From NCBI GenBank assembly GCA_964457775.1, contig CAYWEW010000002.1, positions 44,335-108,334 on the forward strand: 64,000 nt of DNA, in the 5' to 3' direction. A program made the position numbers and the translations under genes. Below are positions 46,519-55,733 of this stretch, piece after piece. The notes under the pieces were generated by a model, which had not been told where the DNA came from, did no database searches, and saw only the letters and a program-made list of their open reading frames with translations. This DNA comes from an uncultured Candidatus Saccharibacteria bacterium. Lineage in GTDB: Bacteria; Patescibacteriota; Minisyncoccia; Phycocordibacterales; UBA5272. The stretch's first letter is position 1; each line of letters begins with the position of its first letter.

Positions 46519-48033
46519 ATGCCTCCAAATGATCAAGAGAAAATTGGACTTTTCGTAAAAAAACTTCGTGAAGAGCGTGGAATGACACAAGGAGATTTTG
46601 CAAAATCACTCAAAACTTCTCAATCGGCTGTTGCTCGCATTGAGTCGGGAAATCAGAATGTAACTATTGACCAACTCATGAAAATGGGTGAAGTTCTTAA
46701 ACATAATATTGTAACCCTTCAAGATACTATTGATTTTGAAGTTGACGGTGGTCGTAAATTATCTGGAAGCATAGAAACTAACACTTCAAAAAATGGTGCG
46801 ATTAATATGATGGTGGCAGCACTTGTTAATTCTGGTACCACAACTTTAAGAGACATACCGCACATAGAGGAGGTGCACAGGTACAAAGAATTACTTGAAA
46901 GTGTCGGTGTGAAAATACGTTGGGTTCATAATGATACAGCTCTAGAAATCAAACCGCCGAAGAAACTTTTATTTTCGAAAATGGATAAAGACGTCGCTGT
47001 GCGTATAAGATCATTTACTTTTGCTGGGGCGTTTATTCATTATACAAACTCATTCAACCTCCCTCACTCAGGTGGGTGTAAAATGGGCGAAAGAACTGTC
47101 GCTTCACACAAATATGCTTTGGAGTATTTGGGGGTACACATAGACACCAAGCAAAACTACTACACTATTTCTCATAAAAACTTACACTCTGGCACCATTC
47201 CCTTGTATGAATCATCAGACACAGGTGCTATTACTGCAATTATTGCAGCTTCAAGAATAGAAGGCGCTACTACCATAAAATTTGCTCCGCCGAATTATCA
47301 AGTTCAAGATGTGTGTTTCTTACTTGAAAGGTTTGGTATTAAAATTGATGGAATTGGTTCTACAACCCTTGTTGTCCATGGTAAAAAAGACATAAATGTT
47401 GATGCTGAACACTATAATAGTGAAGATCCAATTGAGAGTATGTTTTTTATTTCGGCCGGAATAGTAACAAAATCAAAGCTTACCATTACACGTTGCCCAA
47501 AAGAATTTCTAACTCTTGAACTGGAAAAATTGAAGCGTATGGGGCTTATGTTTAAATTATCAAAAGAATATCTTGCTAAAAATGGAAGAACTGTATTGTT
47601 TGATATTACTATTTCCCCTTCTAAGTTAATTGCACCTCATGAAAAAATCCACACTCAACCTTTCCCTGGAATCAACAACGACAATCTTCCGTTCTTTGTG
47701 CCAATCTGTTGCTTTGCAGAAGGTCAGACACTTATCCATGATTGGACATGGGAGAATCGCGCTATTTATTTTACAGAATTAAACCGTCTTGGTGCAGATA
47801 TAAAGCTTCTAGACCCACACCGAGCATTAGTCACTGGTGTAAAGAAATTAAGAGGCTCACAAATTGTCTCCCCTCCAGCACTTCGCCCTACGGCAATTAT
47901 TTTAATCACAATGCTTGCATGTGAAGGAAAATCACTTCTTCGCAATGTATATTCTATTAAGCGTGGATATGCAGATATTGCGGAGCGCCTCAATTCAATA
48001 GGGGCAAAAATTACTGTTATTAGAGGAGTGTAG
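46519..48033 (+). CDS. murA: XRE-type HTH fused to UDP-N-acetylglucosamine 1-carboxyvinyltransferase
   Basis: N-terminal LREERGMTQ..FA..L.TSQSAVARIESG; SKN, GGCKMGER, DPIE, PFPG, WENR and RGY EPT-family motifs. Confidence 0.88.
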   Translation: MPPNDQEKIGLFVKKLREERGMTQGDFAKSLKTSQSAVARIESGNQNVTIDQLMKMGEVLKHNIVTLQDTIDFEVDGGRKLSGSIETNTSKNGAINMMVAALVNSGTTTLRDIPHIEEVHRYKELLESVGVKIRWVHNDTALEIKPPKKLLFSKMDKDVAVRIRSFTFAGAFIHYTNSFNLPHSGGCKMGERTVASHKYALEYLGVHIDTKQNYYTISHKNLHSGTIPLYESSDTGAITAIIAASRIEGATTIKFAPPNYQVQDVCFLLERFGIKIDGIGSTTLVVHGKKDINVDAEHYNSEDPIESMFFISAGIVTKSKLTITRCPKEFLTLELEKLKRMGLMFKLSKEYLAKNGRTVLFDITISPSKLIAPHEKIHTQPFPGINNDNLPFFVPICCFAEGQTLIHDWTWENRAIYFTELNRLGADIKLLDPHRALVTGVKKLRGSQIVSPPALRPTAIILITMLACEGKSLLRNVYSIKRGYADIAERLNSIGAKITVIRGV

Positions 48034-48050
48034 ACTAATCATTAGTGGAA

Positions 48051-48617
48051 CTAGTAATCTCCACTTGCCCCACCACCACCAAAGTCACCATCACCTGGGG
48101 AAAGAGAGGTTTCACCTTGTACTAGGGTATCTTCTTGTGTAGGCACTACTTCATTAACTGGAGATTCATCAGAATTTATTAATGAAGCAGCAACAAGTGA
48201 AGCAGCTCCAATAGCAAGGAGGTCAACGCTATCACTTTCACTTCCTTCCCCCATTCTTATAGAAGCTTCTTCGTGTTTCCGTTTTTTTGACCCCTCATGT
48301 TTATGTAAAGCTTGGTTATAAATTATTGGAAATTCGTACCAAAGAAAATTAGCCAAAGCCGCTTCATTAACACTTCTTAATTTTGATATAAATACATATA
48401 AGTCACCAACACTTTTAATAAATTTTGCCTTTGCATCGGTATAACTTTTCTCAGCTACTTTCAATTTTTTATCAAATATAAAACTACTAAACTTATCCCT
48501 TTCTAGTGTAAAATCATCGAGAGTTTTGCTAAGATTTTTAGCTAATTCTAACTTTTCATTAAATGAAGGTTCTTGCTCTTGGCTATTTTTTGATACATTT
48601 TCTTGTATTGTTTCCAT
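48051..48617 (-). CDS. hypothetical protein with Gly-rich C-terminal tail
   Basis: Helical N-terminus; ends GDGDFGGGGASGDY. Confidence 0.65.
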   Translation of the reverse strand: METIQENVSKNSQEQEPSFNEKLELAKNLSKTLDDFTLERDKFSSFIFDKKLKVAEKSYTDAKAKFIKSVGDLYVFISKLRSVNEAALANFLWYEFPIIYNQALHKHEGSKKRKHEEASIRMGEGSESDSVDLLAIGAASLVAASLINSDESPVNEVVPTQEDTLVQGETSLSPGDGDFGGGGASGDY

Positions 48618-48670
48618 ATCATTTTATTGTACCATTTTTGGTTACGTAATTTATGTTCAACAGACAAACA

Positions 48671-49468
48671 CTAGTCCAGTGCTGTTTTTCCTTCTTTTCT
48701 TGGCATTCCATGTTTTGGAAATGAAACATAAAAAGTTGTACCAACATCTTTTGTAGATATAAACCAAATACCCCCTCCGAACTTACCTACAATCTCATTA
48801 GTGATATATAAGTTAAGTCCTGCCCCTTTTGATTCTTCATTATTAGCTACATTACCTGCCTTAAAAAGTTTCCCAAAGATTTTATCTTTATCTTCTTCTG
48901 GTATTCCAATACCATTATCAGATACAGAAAAAACAAGAGCATCGTCTTTTATGTTTTTATTACCACACTCTTCTCCTTGTTTATATTCTTTAATGTTTAT
49001 ATTTATTACACCTTCTTCTTTTGAGAATATAATTGCATTGGAGATGAGATTACGCATCAGCACCAAACATATCTGTTTATCAACAGATATGTTTGGAATC
49101 ATGCCAGGAATAGCACTTTCATACATTTCCTGAATATATAATTTTTTACCTTCAATACTATTCTTATACTCTGTAACTACTTGTTTCACTAGGAACCTAA
49201 GGTCAGTATCCGTTGGGTTGATACTAAAAGTACCCAGGTCTAACCTGGATACGTTTAGTAATGACTTAATGAGGTCAATAGCTCTTTGGTTACTTGTTTG
49301 TATGGTCTTTAGATATTTGACTTGATCAACATTAAGCTCTCCACAGTCACCATCCAACAACATCTCTGTATACCATTTTACAACAGACAGTGGTGTTCTT
49401 AGTTCATGTGATGCAAGTGATAATAAATTATCACTTTCTTTATGTTGTCCATCATTTTCCTGAACCAT
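48671..49468 (-). CDS. histidine kinase core (HisKA + HATPase_c) with no sensor or TM domain
   Basis: ASHELRTPL, NLISNA, DNGIGIP, GAGLNL and GTTF motifs. Confidence 0.9.
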   Translation of the reverse strand: MVQENDGQHKESDNLLSLASHELRTPLSVVKWYTEMLLDGDCGELNVDQVKYLKTIQTSNQRAIDLIKSLLNVSRLDLGTFSINPTDTDLRFLVKQVVTEYKNSIEGKKLYIQEMYESAIPGMIPNISVDKQICLVLMRNLISNAIIFSKEEGVININIKEYKQGEECGNKNIKDDALVFSVSDNGIGIPEEDKDKIFGKLFKAGNVANNEESKGAGLNLYITNEIVGKFGGGIWFISTKDVGTTFYVSFPKHGMPRKEGKTALD

Positions 49469-49479
49469 AATTGTAATTG

Positions 49480-49929
49480 CTACCTTGTTACAGTAATTAC
49501 CGCACCTTGTTCTGGATATTGAGCTACAACTGTAATGCGCCCACTTCCATTTTGACTAATCATATAACCAGCACCGTCTGCGTTCACCTTCTGAGGTTCA
49601 GAAGGAATACCTACTAGATATTTACCGTTAAGAGTAAGAACTGACAAATCAATATAACCAACACAAGATGCAGCTCCAGAAGCACAGACCTCTGTTGAGG
49701 TACCTGTAATCCCTGCTGGAAGTACACCATTGTTATCAATTGAGTACTGATATGCTGCGTTAAGAATAGTAGCAACATCTGAACGACGTTGTGCGTTACG
49801 AGTATCACCCAATTGCTTTCCTGGGTTAATAGCTACGATAACGATACCAGCCAAGATGGCGATTGCTGCAACTACCAAAAGGATTTCAATAAGTGTAAAC
49901 CCTTTTTGACTTCGAAGTAGTTTTTTCAT
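49480..49929 (-). CDS. type IV major pilin-like protein, copy 2
   Basis: KG|FTLIEILLVVAAIAILAGIVIVAINP prepilin motif. Confidence 0.9.
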   Translation of the reverse strand: MKKLLRSQKGFTLIEILLVVAAIAILAGIVIVAINPGKQLGDTRNAQRRSDVATILNAAYQYSIDNNGVLPAGITGTSTEVCASGAASCVGYIDLSVLTLNGKYLVGIPSEPQKVNADGAGYMISQNGSGRITVVAQYPEQGAVITVTR

Positions 49930-49942
49930 AAACAAGAAAAAT

Positions 49943-50392
49943 TTATCTTGTTACAGAAATAACCTTACTTTGTTCAGCTAATGGTGCTGCAACGGTAATA
50001 CGTCCATTTGCATCTCTTGCAATTGTGTAACCAGCTCCGTTTGCTGTAACCTTCTGTGGATCTGATGGAATACCTACTAGGTATTTACCATTAAGAGCAA
50101 GTATTGATAGATCTATAACACTTGTACAGTTTGCTGCACCTTGAGCACAAATCTCAGTTGAAGTTGCTGTAATTCCTGCTGGAAGTACACCATTGTTATC
50201 AATTGAGTATTGATATGCTGCGTTAAGAATAGTTGTAACATCTGATTGACGTTGTGCGTTACGAGTATCACCCAATTGCTTTCCTGGGTTAATAGCTACG
50301 ATAACGATACCAGCCAAGATGGCGATTGCTGCAACTACCAAAAGGATTTCAATAAGTGTAAACCCTTTTTGACTGCGAAGTAAATTTTTCAT
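49943..50392 (-). CDS. type IV major pilin-like protein, copy 1
   Basis: Same prepilin motif; N-terminal half almost identical to 49480..49929. Confidence 0.9.
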   Translation of the reverse strand: MKNLLRSQKGFTLIEILLVVAAIAILAGIVIVAINPGKQLGDTRNAQRQSDVTTILNAAYQYSIDNNGVLPAGITATSTEICAQGAANCTSVIDLSILALNGKYLVGIPSDPQKVTANGAGYTIARDANGRITVAAPLAEQSKVISVTR

Positions 50393-50585
50393 AAAATGAA
50401 ATGATTTTTTGTATTAAAACAAATTAAACTTTTAATAATTGACCCTGTAGCAAATAACTTGCACAGATTCGAACTTTTTATATGTATATAAAACACATAT
50501 TAAAACGAGCGAAATTTGTAAGTTATTTTAACAGTGCCAGAGCACAAATAACCTACCATAATTAGTATATCAAATAAAAAGGCCT

Positions 50586-51011
50586 TTAAAAGTCCCCAAC
50601 CTCCTGCCATGAGGATAAGATTATTGCTGGGGTTGTTGTGGATACAACTATTTTTACCTTACTTGATAAGGTTCCTGTGATTCCTGTTGCATTAATCGTT
50701 ATATTTTGGCCATTTTGACTAGTTATTACATAAGAACAAGTGCCTGAGCCAATTATTAAATTTGCAGTACTAGACGTTGTGCCAGTTTCTAGTATTTTTT
50801 GTAGGGCCTCTTCTCCACATGAAGAAGCTAGCACTTTCGCACTTCCAGATTGCTGTACAGCAAAGTCAGTTTTTGAAGTACTTATACCAATCAACATAAT
50901 AGAAAGCATCACTGCAGTACCTATCGCACCAACCACAATAACCGAAAGTAATGCAATATACCCCCTGTTTACTTCTTTTTTATTTTTAGTGATATATAAA
51001 ATGATAGACAT
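50586..51011 (-). CDS. PilX/GspK-like minor pilin
   Basis: RG|YIALLSV lacking Glu5; A.SCGEEAL motif. Confidence 0.7.
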   Translation of the reverse strand: MSIILYITKNKKEVNRGYIALLSVIVVGAIGTAVMLSIMLIGISTSKTDFAVQQSGSAKVLASSCGEEALQKILETGTTSSTANLIIGSGTCSYVITSQNGQNITINATGITGTLSSKVKIVVSTTTPAIILSSWQEVGDF

Positions 51012-51013
51012 AT

Positions 51014-51532
51014 CTATTGACGTAGCGTAGCACTTCCTGTGAACGATTTTGAGAAAGAGTTTTCATTTCGTCCATTTGCATTATTATGGTCAATATTAAA
51101 AGACACTCTTACAATTCTATCTGTAGAACTTGCTGAGGAAATATTCTGAAAGACAAAAGATGAAACAGTGATGTGAGAATTTGTAATTGGTATTGCTGCA
51201 TTTGACCCCTCTTTAACTCTAACTACACCATTTACAATATCAAAAACCGTTGGACTAAGAAGAGGGTCGGACATAGTAATAGATAAGGATGTGCTCGTTG
51301 CGCCAATTATCGGATTATCTATACTTCTAGCATTTCTAACAGATTGAGTTATTAATTGCATAACCTGTAACCCTTGTTGATTGACGTCTAATATTGATTG
51401 ATTTTTTACTCTTTGACCTAAAATAAATGATAAAAATAAAGACAAAGACAATAATATTACTGAGGAAATAACAACATAAAGAAGCATTTCTACTAGAGAT
51501 AGACCTCTTACTGATTTGGAGAGTATTTTCAT
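51014..51532 (-). CDS. PilW/GspJ-like minor pilin
   Basis: RG|LSLVEMLLY prepilin motif. Confidence 0.75.
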   Translation of the reverse strand: MKILSKSVRGLSLVEMLLYVVISSVILLSLSLFLSFILGQRVKNQSILDVNQQGLQVMQLITQSVRNARSIDNPIIGATSTSLSITMSDPLLSPTVFDIVNGVVRVKEGSNAAIPITNSHITVSSFVFQNISSASSTDRIVRVSFNIDHNNANGRNENSFSKSFTGSATLRQ

Positions 51533-51534
51533 AA

Positions 51535-53823
51535 TTAAAATTGCCAAAATGCGAATGAGAAAGGAGATGAGATAACTTGCGGTAATGTTGTTTCAAGTGC
51601 TCCGGCATCTGAGTTAGTCCAAGTAAGTGTAGATGTTCCTGTTAAGCTTAACCTTTTAGCAAACAAATCACTAGAACTATCCGAAGTAACATACATCAAT
51701 TGACTCCTGTCCACTGGATCCATATATATATCCATATATCCACGTGATGTAGCCATCGATGGACTTACTGCAAAATCTGGCTGACGAGTGAACACCCCAA
51801 GATTCCCAGTGTGCCAATTAATGTTACCTGAATTAATATCTGAATACACAACAACTGAACGAGTAGTTGACCCAACTGTAACCCATCCTGTTGTAACAAG
51901 CTTAGAGGCAGTGTAAGGGACGGTACAAGTTGTGTCCACATTCGCTGTGTTAGTCCAAGCTGAACCACTCCAGTAACCAAGTTGAAGATCACCACCTGCA
52001 TTTCCAATAGAAGCAAAGACCATTTCATTTGTATTTGGATTCGCTGAAATATCAAGTGAGGTGGCATCGTCTAAAAATGTTGGCGGGGTGGTGACTGCCC
52101 CCCATGTACAATTAGCTATTCCACCAGTACAAACTCTATATCTAGCTCCGTTTGTCCCATTATTACCATTCGCATTTCCCCATACAAGCATAAGATCACC
52201 AGATAGTGACTCATATTCTATATCCATGTTTTCAATGTCATGTGATGCAGAAATTCTTTCAACATTACTATCAGTTACTGATCCAGGCTCATTTACCCAT
52301 GCTGACCCGTCCCAAATTTTAGCAGATATATCTTCACTGGTATCAACCCATGTAACAGCAAGCAGATTTGACCCCGCCCGTCTATCTTGAGCAAGTTTTA
52401 CATACATAATATCATTCGATGTGCGAAGGGGGTCAAGTAATGTTTCACCTGACCAATTACCAGAACCGCATCCAGTATTTCCTGGCTTTGTACGATAACC
52501 AAGCTGTCCAGGATTATGTGTTCCTTTACTATAAATAACCATTGCATCCCCTGTTGTTTTTTCAAAATTTATATCATTTCTATGTCTGTTACCTACACCC
52601 CCTGAGGCTGCTATAAATTCTTGAGTCCACGCTGTTCCGTTAAAACACATAACAATAAGTGATCCTGTTGAATCGTAGTAACCTGCAATAGCGGTATGAT
52701 TAACTGGGGATGTTTTAATTATCCATGTAGGGCCTACTGTTGCAGTGAAAGTTGAAGTTTCTGCACTAAATGTATTATCGTTATTGTTATATGTCCTAAA
52801 CTTTGGAATATTTGTACCATCACCATAAATAATAAGGCCAGATAACGATGTACTTCCTCCTGGTCCACCAGGTAACTGTATTTCTTCATTAGTTAACATA
52901 CAAGTTTTAGAGTCTCCAGAAATAAGTGAGATTGTTCCATCTGTAAAACACTGACCACTGAAAGTTAAATTATATTGTGAGCTAGTTGCATTAGAAAGAA
53001 TATACGTCCCTGAATCAACTGTTGTTGTTGCCCCGATTGTTATAGTGGTAGAACCGATTTTATATGGAGCAAAATCTGCTACTGTTTTGTTTCCACCATG
53101 ATTAATCACTGTACCAGTAGCATACACATATGAAAGTTTTTCCTCATTTGTAATCGTACATAACTTAGAGGATGACGCGAGCAACGTAACTTGACCACTT
53201 GCATTACAATCACCACTGAATGTTTGTATATAATTTGAGTTAACTGTTTCTGAAACTATATAAGTACCTGCCCCAAATTTAGTTGATGTTCCTAATTGTA
53301 CTGTTGTGGTCCCAACTTTATATGGAGCAAATGCTGCGGAAGTATTATTTAAACCATGATTGATTACGACTTTATTCACCATCAACCCCTGTCCTAGATT
53401 AAGTACGGTCTTCCAATTAGTTAACCTACCAACAGTTGAAACACTTCCATCTCTACCATGAGCTTGTTGCCAGGTCACATTTGTTGTAACACTTTTCCTA
53501 TTTGCATCGATTGTAGAAATTGTTACCTTTCTAGTAAAAATACCTGATACGTCCTGATTCCCTGATAATGTCCAGGCGTTGTTTGAATAAACAAGCCCAT
53601 ATGTTCCATCAGTAATATTGGCAAAGTTAACATTCTTCATACTACGGACAGCTTCCTGGCCTTCTTCTGCGAGCATAACAGCTTGTGACCTATTTCCAGC
53701 TAAAAGTGAAGATTCCATTCCGTAATAAAAAACTCCAGTAAATGCAGTCAAGAAAATTATAAAGAGCGAACTCGATAATAATATTTCTACTAACAAAAAC
53801 CCTCTTGAGTTCTTAGTAGTCAA
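51535..53823 (-). CDS. large minor pilin with beta-rich adhesin-like C-terminal region
   Basis: Probable TTG start at 53823 after AAGGA; RG|FLLVE; AEEG.EAVR; two Ig-like FSG.C...G.......K.C..TNE repeats; W.G..W repeats. Confidence 0.75.
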   Translation of the reverse strand: MTTKNSRGFLLVEILLSSSLFIIFLTAFTGVFYYGMESSLLAGNRSQAVMLAEEGQEAVRSMKNVNFANITDGTYGLVYSNNAWTLSGNQDVSGIFTRKVTISTIDANRKSVTTNVTWQQAHGRDGSVSTVGRLTNWKTVLNLGQGLMVNKVVINHGLNNTSAAFAPYKVGTTTVQLGTSTKFGAGTYIVSETVNSNYIQTFSGDCNASGQVTLLASSSKLCTITNEEKLSYVYATGTVINHGGNKTVADFAPYKIGSTTITIGATTTVDSGTYILSNATSSQYNLTFSGQCFTDGTISLISGDSKTCMLTNEEIQLPGGPGGSTSLSGLIIYGDGTNIPKFRTYNNNDNTFSAETSTFTATVGPTWIIKTSPVNHTAIAGYYDSTGSLIVMCFNGTAWTQEFIAASGGVGNRHRNDINFEKTTGDAMVIYSKGTHNPGQLGYRTKPGNTGCGSGNWSGETLLDPLRTSNDIMYVKLAQDRRAGSNLLAVTWVDTSEDISAKIWDGSAWVNEPGSVTDSNVERISASHDIENMDIEYESLSGDLMLVWGNANGNNGTNGARYRVCTGGIANCTWGAVTTPPTFLDDATSLDISANPNTNEMVFASIGNAGGDLQLGYWSGSAWTNTANVDTTCTVPYTASKLVTTGWVTVGSTTRSVVVYSDINSGNINWHTGNLGVFTRQPDFAVSPSMATSRGYMDIYMDPVDRSQLMYVTSDSSSDLFAKRLSLTGTSTLTWTNSDAGALETTLPQVISSPFSFAFWQF

Positions 53824-54337
53824 CCATTCCTTTTTGATTAATTGTGACATTTCTTGTTTCATTGGTAACTGACGTAAATGTTGTTGTTCCTGTACTTTGC
53901 GGCAAACCAGCCTGTTTTGAAAAATAAACATCGTTTAATCCTGAAATAATAATACTTCCAGATATTTCAGTTATTTCATCAAATGTTTGATCTCTTAAAA
54001 CAAAACTTTGCCCTTTGTATATAAGTATACTCCCTGTTGCCACATGTACCCCCCATGAACTATCCCCATCTGTAATTTGAGAAAGCATTTGCGCTCTTCT
54101 GTAATCTTGCACTAATGTAACTACAGCTATATCCATATCATTCCTAACATTAAAAGTTCTGTATAATGGCATCGTCATTCCAAATATCATTGCGAGTATG
54201 GAAAGTGAAAGTGCGACTTCTGCCATTGTAAAACCTTTGACAGAAAGTATCGAGTAGCGTGTAGTATGTAGCTGGGAGGAATTCACTTCGTGAAGTTCTC
54301 CTGCTATTTGTTTCTTAATTCTTAATTCTTCCTTCAT
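53813..54337 (-). CDS. FimT/GspH-like minor pilin
   Basis: KG|FTMAEVAL, RRAQ and SSWGVH motifs. Confidence 0.75.
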   Translation of the reverse strand: MKEELRIKKQIAGELHEVNSSQLHTTRYSILSVKGFTMAEVALSLSILAMIFGMTMPLYRTFNVRNDMDIAVVTLVQDYRRAQMLSQITDGDSSWGVHVATGSILIYKGQSFVLRDQTFDEITEISGSIIISGLNDVYFSKQAGLPQSTGTTTFTSVTNETRNVTINQKGMVDY

Positions 54338-54344
54338 AATTAAT

Positions 54345-55730
54345 TTAGACTGCATTAAGGCCTCCAACCAAACTATAAATAGGCAAAATAACAGCGAAAG
54401 CTACGGCAACCACACCCGCCCACACAATCACAAGCAATATTGGCTCCATGATAATTGTAAGATTCTTTGTAGTTGTGTCCGATTTTTCCTCAAGTACCTG
54501 ACCAATTTTAAGAAGGGTTTTATTAAGATTACCTGATTGTTCACCAGAAAAAACTAGCTGTTGCATCGGCTGAAGAATAAGCTTATCCATCTTAGGGTAT
54601 GCCGCAAAACTTTTTTGAAATGAATTTCCCATTTCTATTGACTCCCGAAGATACACATAAAATTTCTTATATCTAACAGAATCTGATGCTCCAATCAATG
54701 AATCAATCGCTCGAGTAATAGGAAGGCCTGCCTCTAAAAGAGTACCTAGCAAATAACCAAAACGTGCAACCTCCACCTCCATCATTAGAGTATTGATACC
54801 TGGGATAGAATATAGAAATGATTCTCCTAAAAATTTTGTCTTTTCATTTATAAAAACAACATAAATAATAATACTTACAATTAAAAATGTGAGTGGAACA
54901 AACCAAATCCCATTTTTTTGTAAGAAAAGACCGAAACCAATAAGTATTTTTGTTATAAGAGGTAGAGTAAGTTTAAGGTCCGCAAAAATCTTGGCAAGTT
55001 TAGGGAGAATAGACCATGAAATACCAAGACCAATAACTACAACAAGAATAAGCACAAACGCTGGATACATAAGTGCTGATTTAACTTTTGATTTCAAATT
55101 TCTTTCTTTCTCTTGCTGTTCTGAAACTACCTTCAAATTTTCTGCAAATTTACCCGACTCTTCACCTATACGAATAAGTGATATCGTATAACCTTTAAAA
55201 AGATTTGTTCTGTCGAACGACTTCCAAAGTGGGTACCCTGCATCTAGTTCAGCAGAAATACTTTCCAATATTTTCTTCATTTGAGCATTTTTTGTATCTC
55301 TTGTGATTGCGGAAAGTGCTCCCATAATAGGCATACCAGACAGAACAAGCATACTTAAATTTTCTACGAAATGATCACGTTCTTTTGTAAGTCCGAATGT
55401 ATCAAAATACCCTAATTTCTTTTCGCTTATTTTAATAACTCTTGGTGTAGCTGTAACTGGGGCTGATGGTGCATCAGATTCCAAACTTTTAGTTTTCTTT
55501 GATGAAGAATTATCTTCAGGATTTTTTTCTTCCTTTACACTTTTATTATCTTTAACAGCTTCTATTTTTAAAGTATTAACGTTTTCTGTATTATTATCCT
55601 TGATTTCTTCTTTCTTTTTCTTTACAGGTAGTTCAGATTTTTTATTTAATATATTTTTCGAATCAGAAGACGATTCAGCAGAATCGTGTCTGGACATGCG
55701 ACCTCCTTTTAAATTATTCGTTTTCGCCAT
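54345..55730 (-). CDS. pilC: type IV pilus platform protein (PilC/GspF) with long charged N-terminal extension
   Basis: GEESG, ALMYP, GEQSGNL and MEPILL motifs. Confidence 0.9.
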   Translation of the reverse strand: MAKTNNLKGGRMSRHDSAESSSDSKNILNKKSELPVKKKKEEIKDNNTENVNTLKIEAVKDNKSVKEEKNPEDNSSSKKTKSLESDAPSAPVTATPRVIKISEKKLGYFDTFGLTKERDHFVENLSMLVLSGMPIMGALSAITRDTKNAQMKKILESISAELDAGYPLWKSFDRTNLFKGYTISLIRIGEESGKFAENLKVVSEQQEKERNLKSKVKSALMYPAFVLILVVVIGLGISWSILPKLAKIFADLKLTLPLITKILIGFGLFLQKNGIWFVPLTFLIVSIIIYVVFINEKTKFLGESFLYSIPGINTLMMEVEVARFGYLLGTLLEAGLPITRAIDSLIGASDSVRYKKFYVYLRESIEMGNSFQKSFAAYPKMDKLILQPMQQLVFSGEQSGNLNKTLLKIGQVLEEKSDTTTKNLTIIMEPILLVIVWAGVVAVAFAVILPIYSLVGGLNAV

Positions 55731-55733
55731 ATA

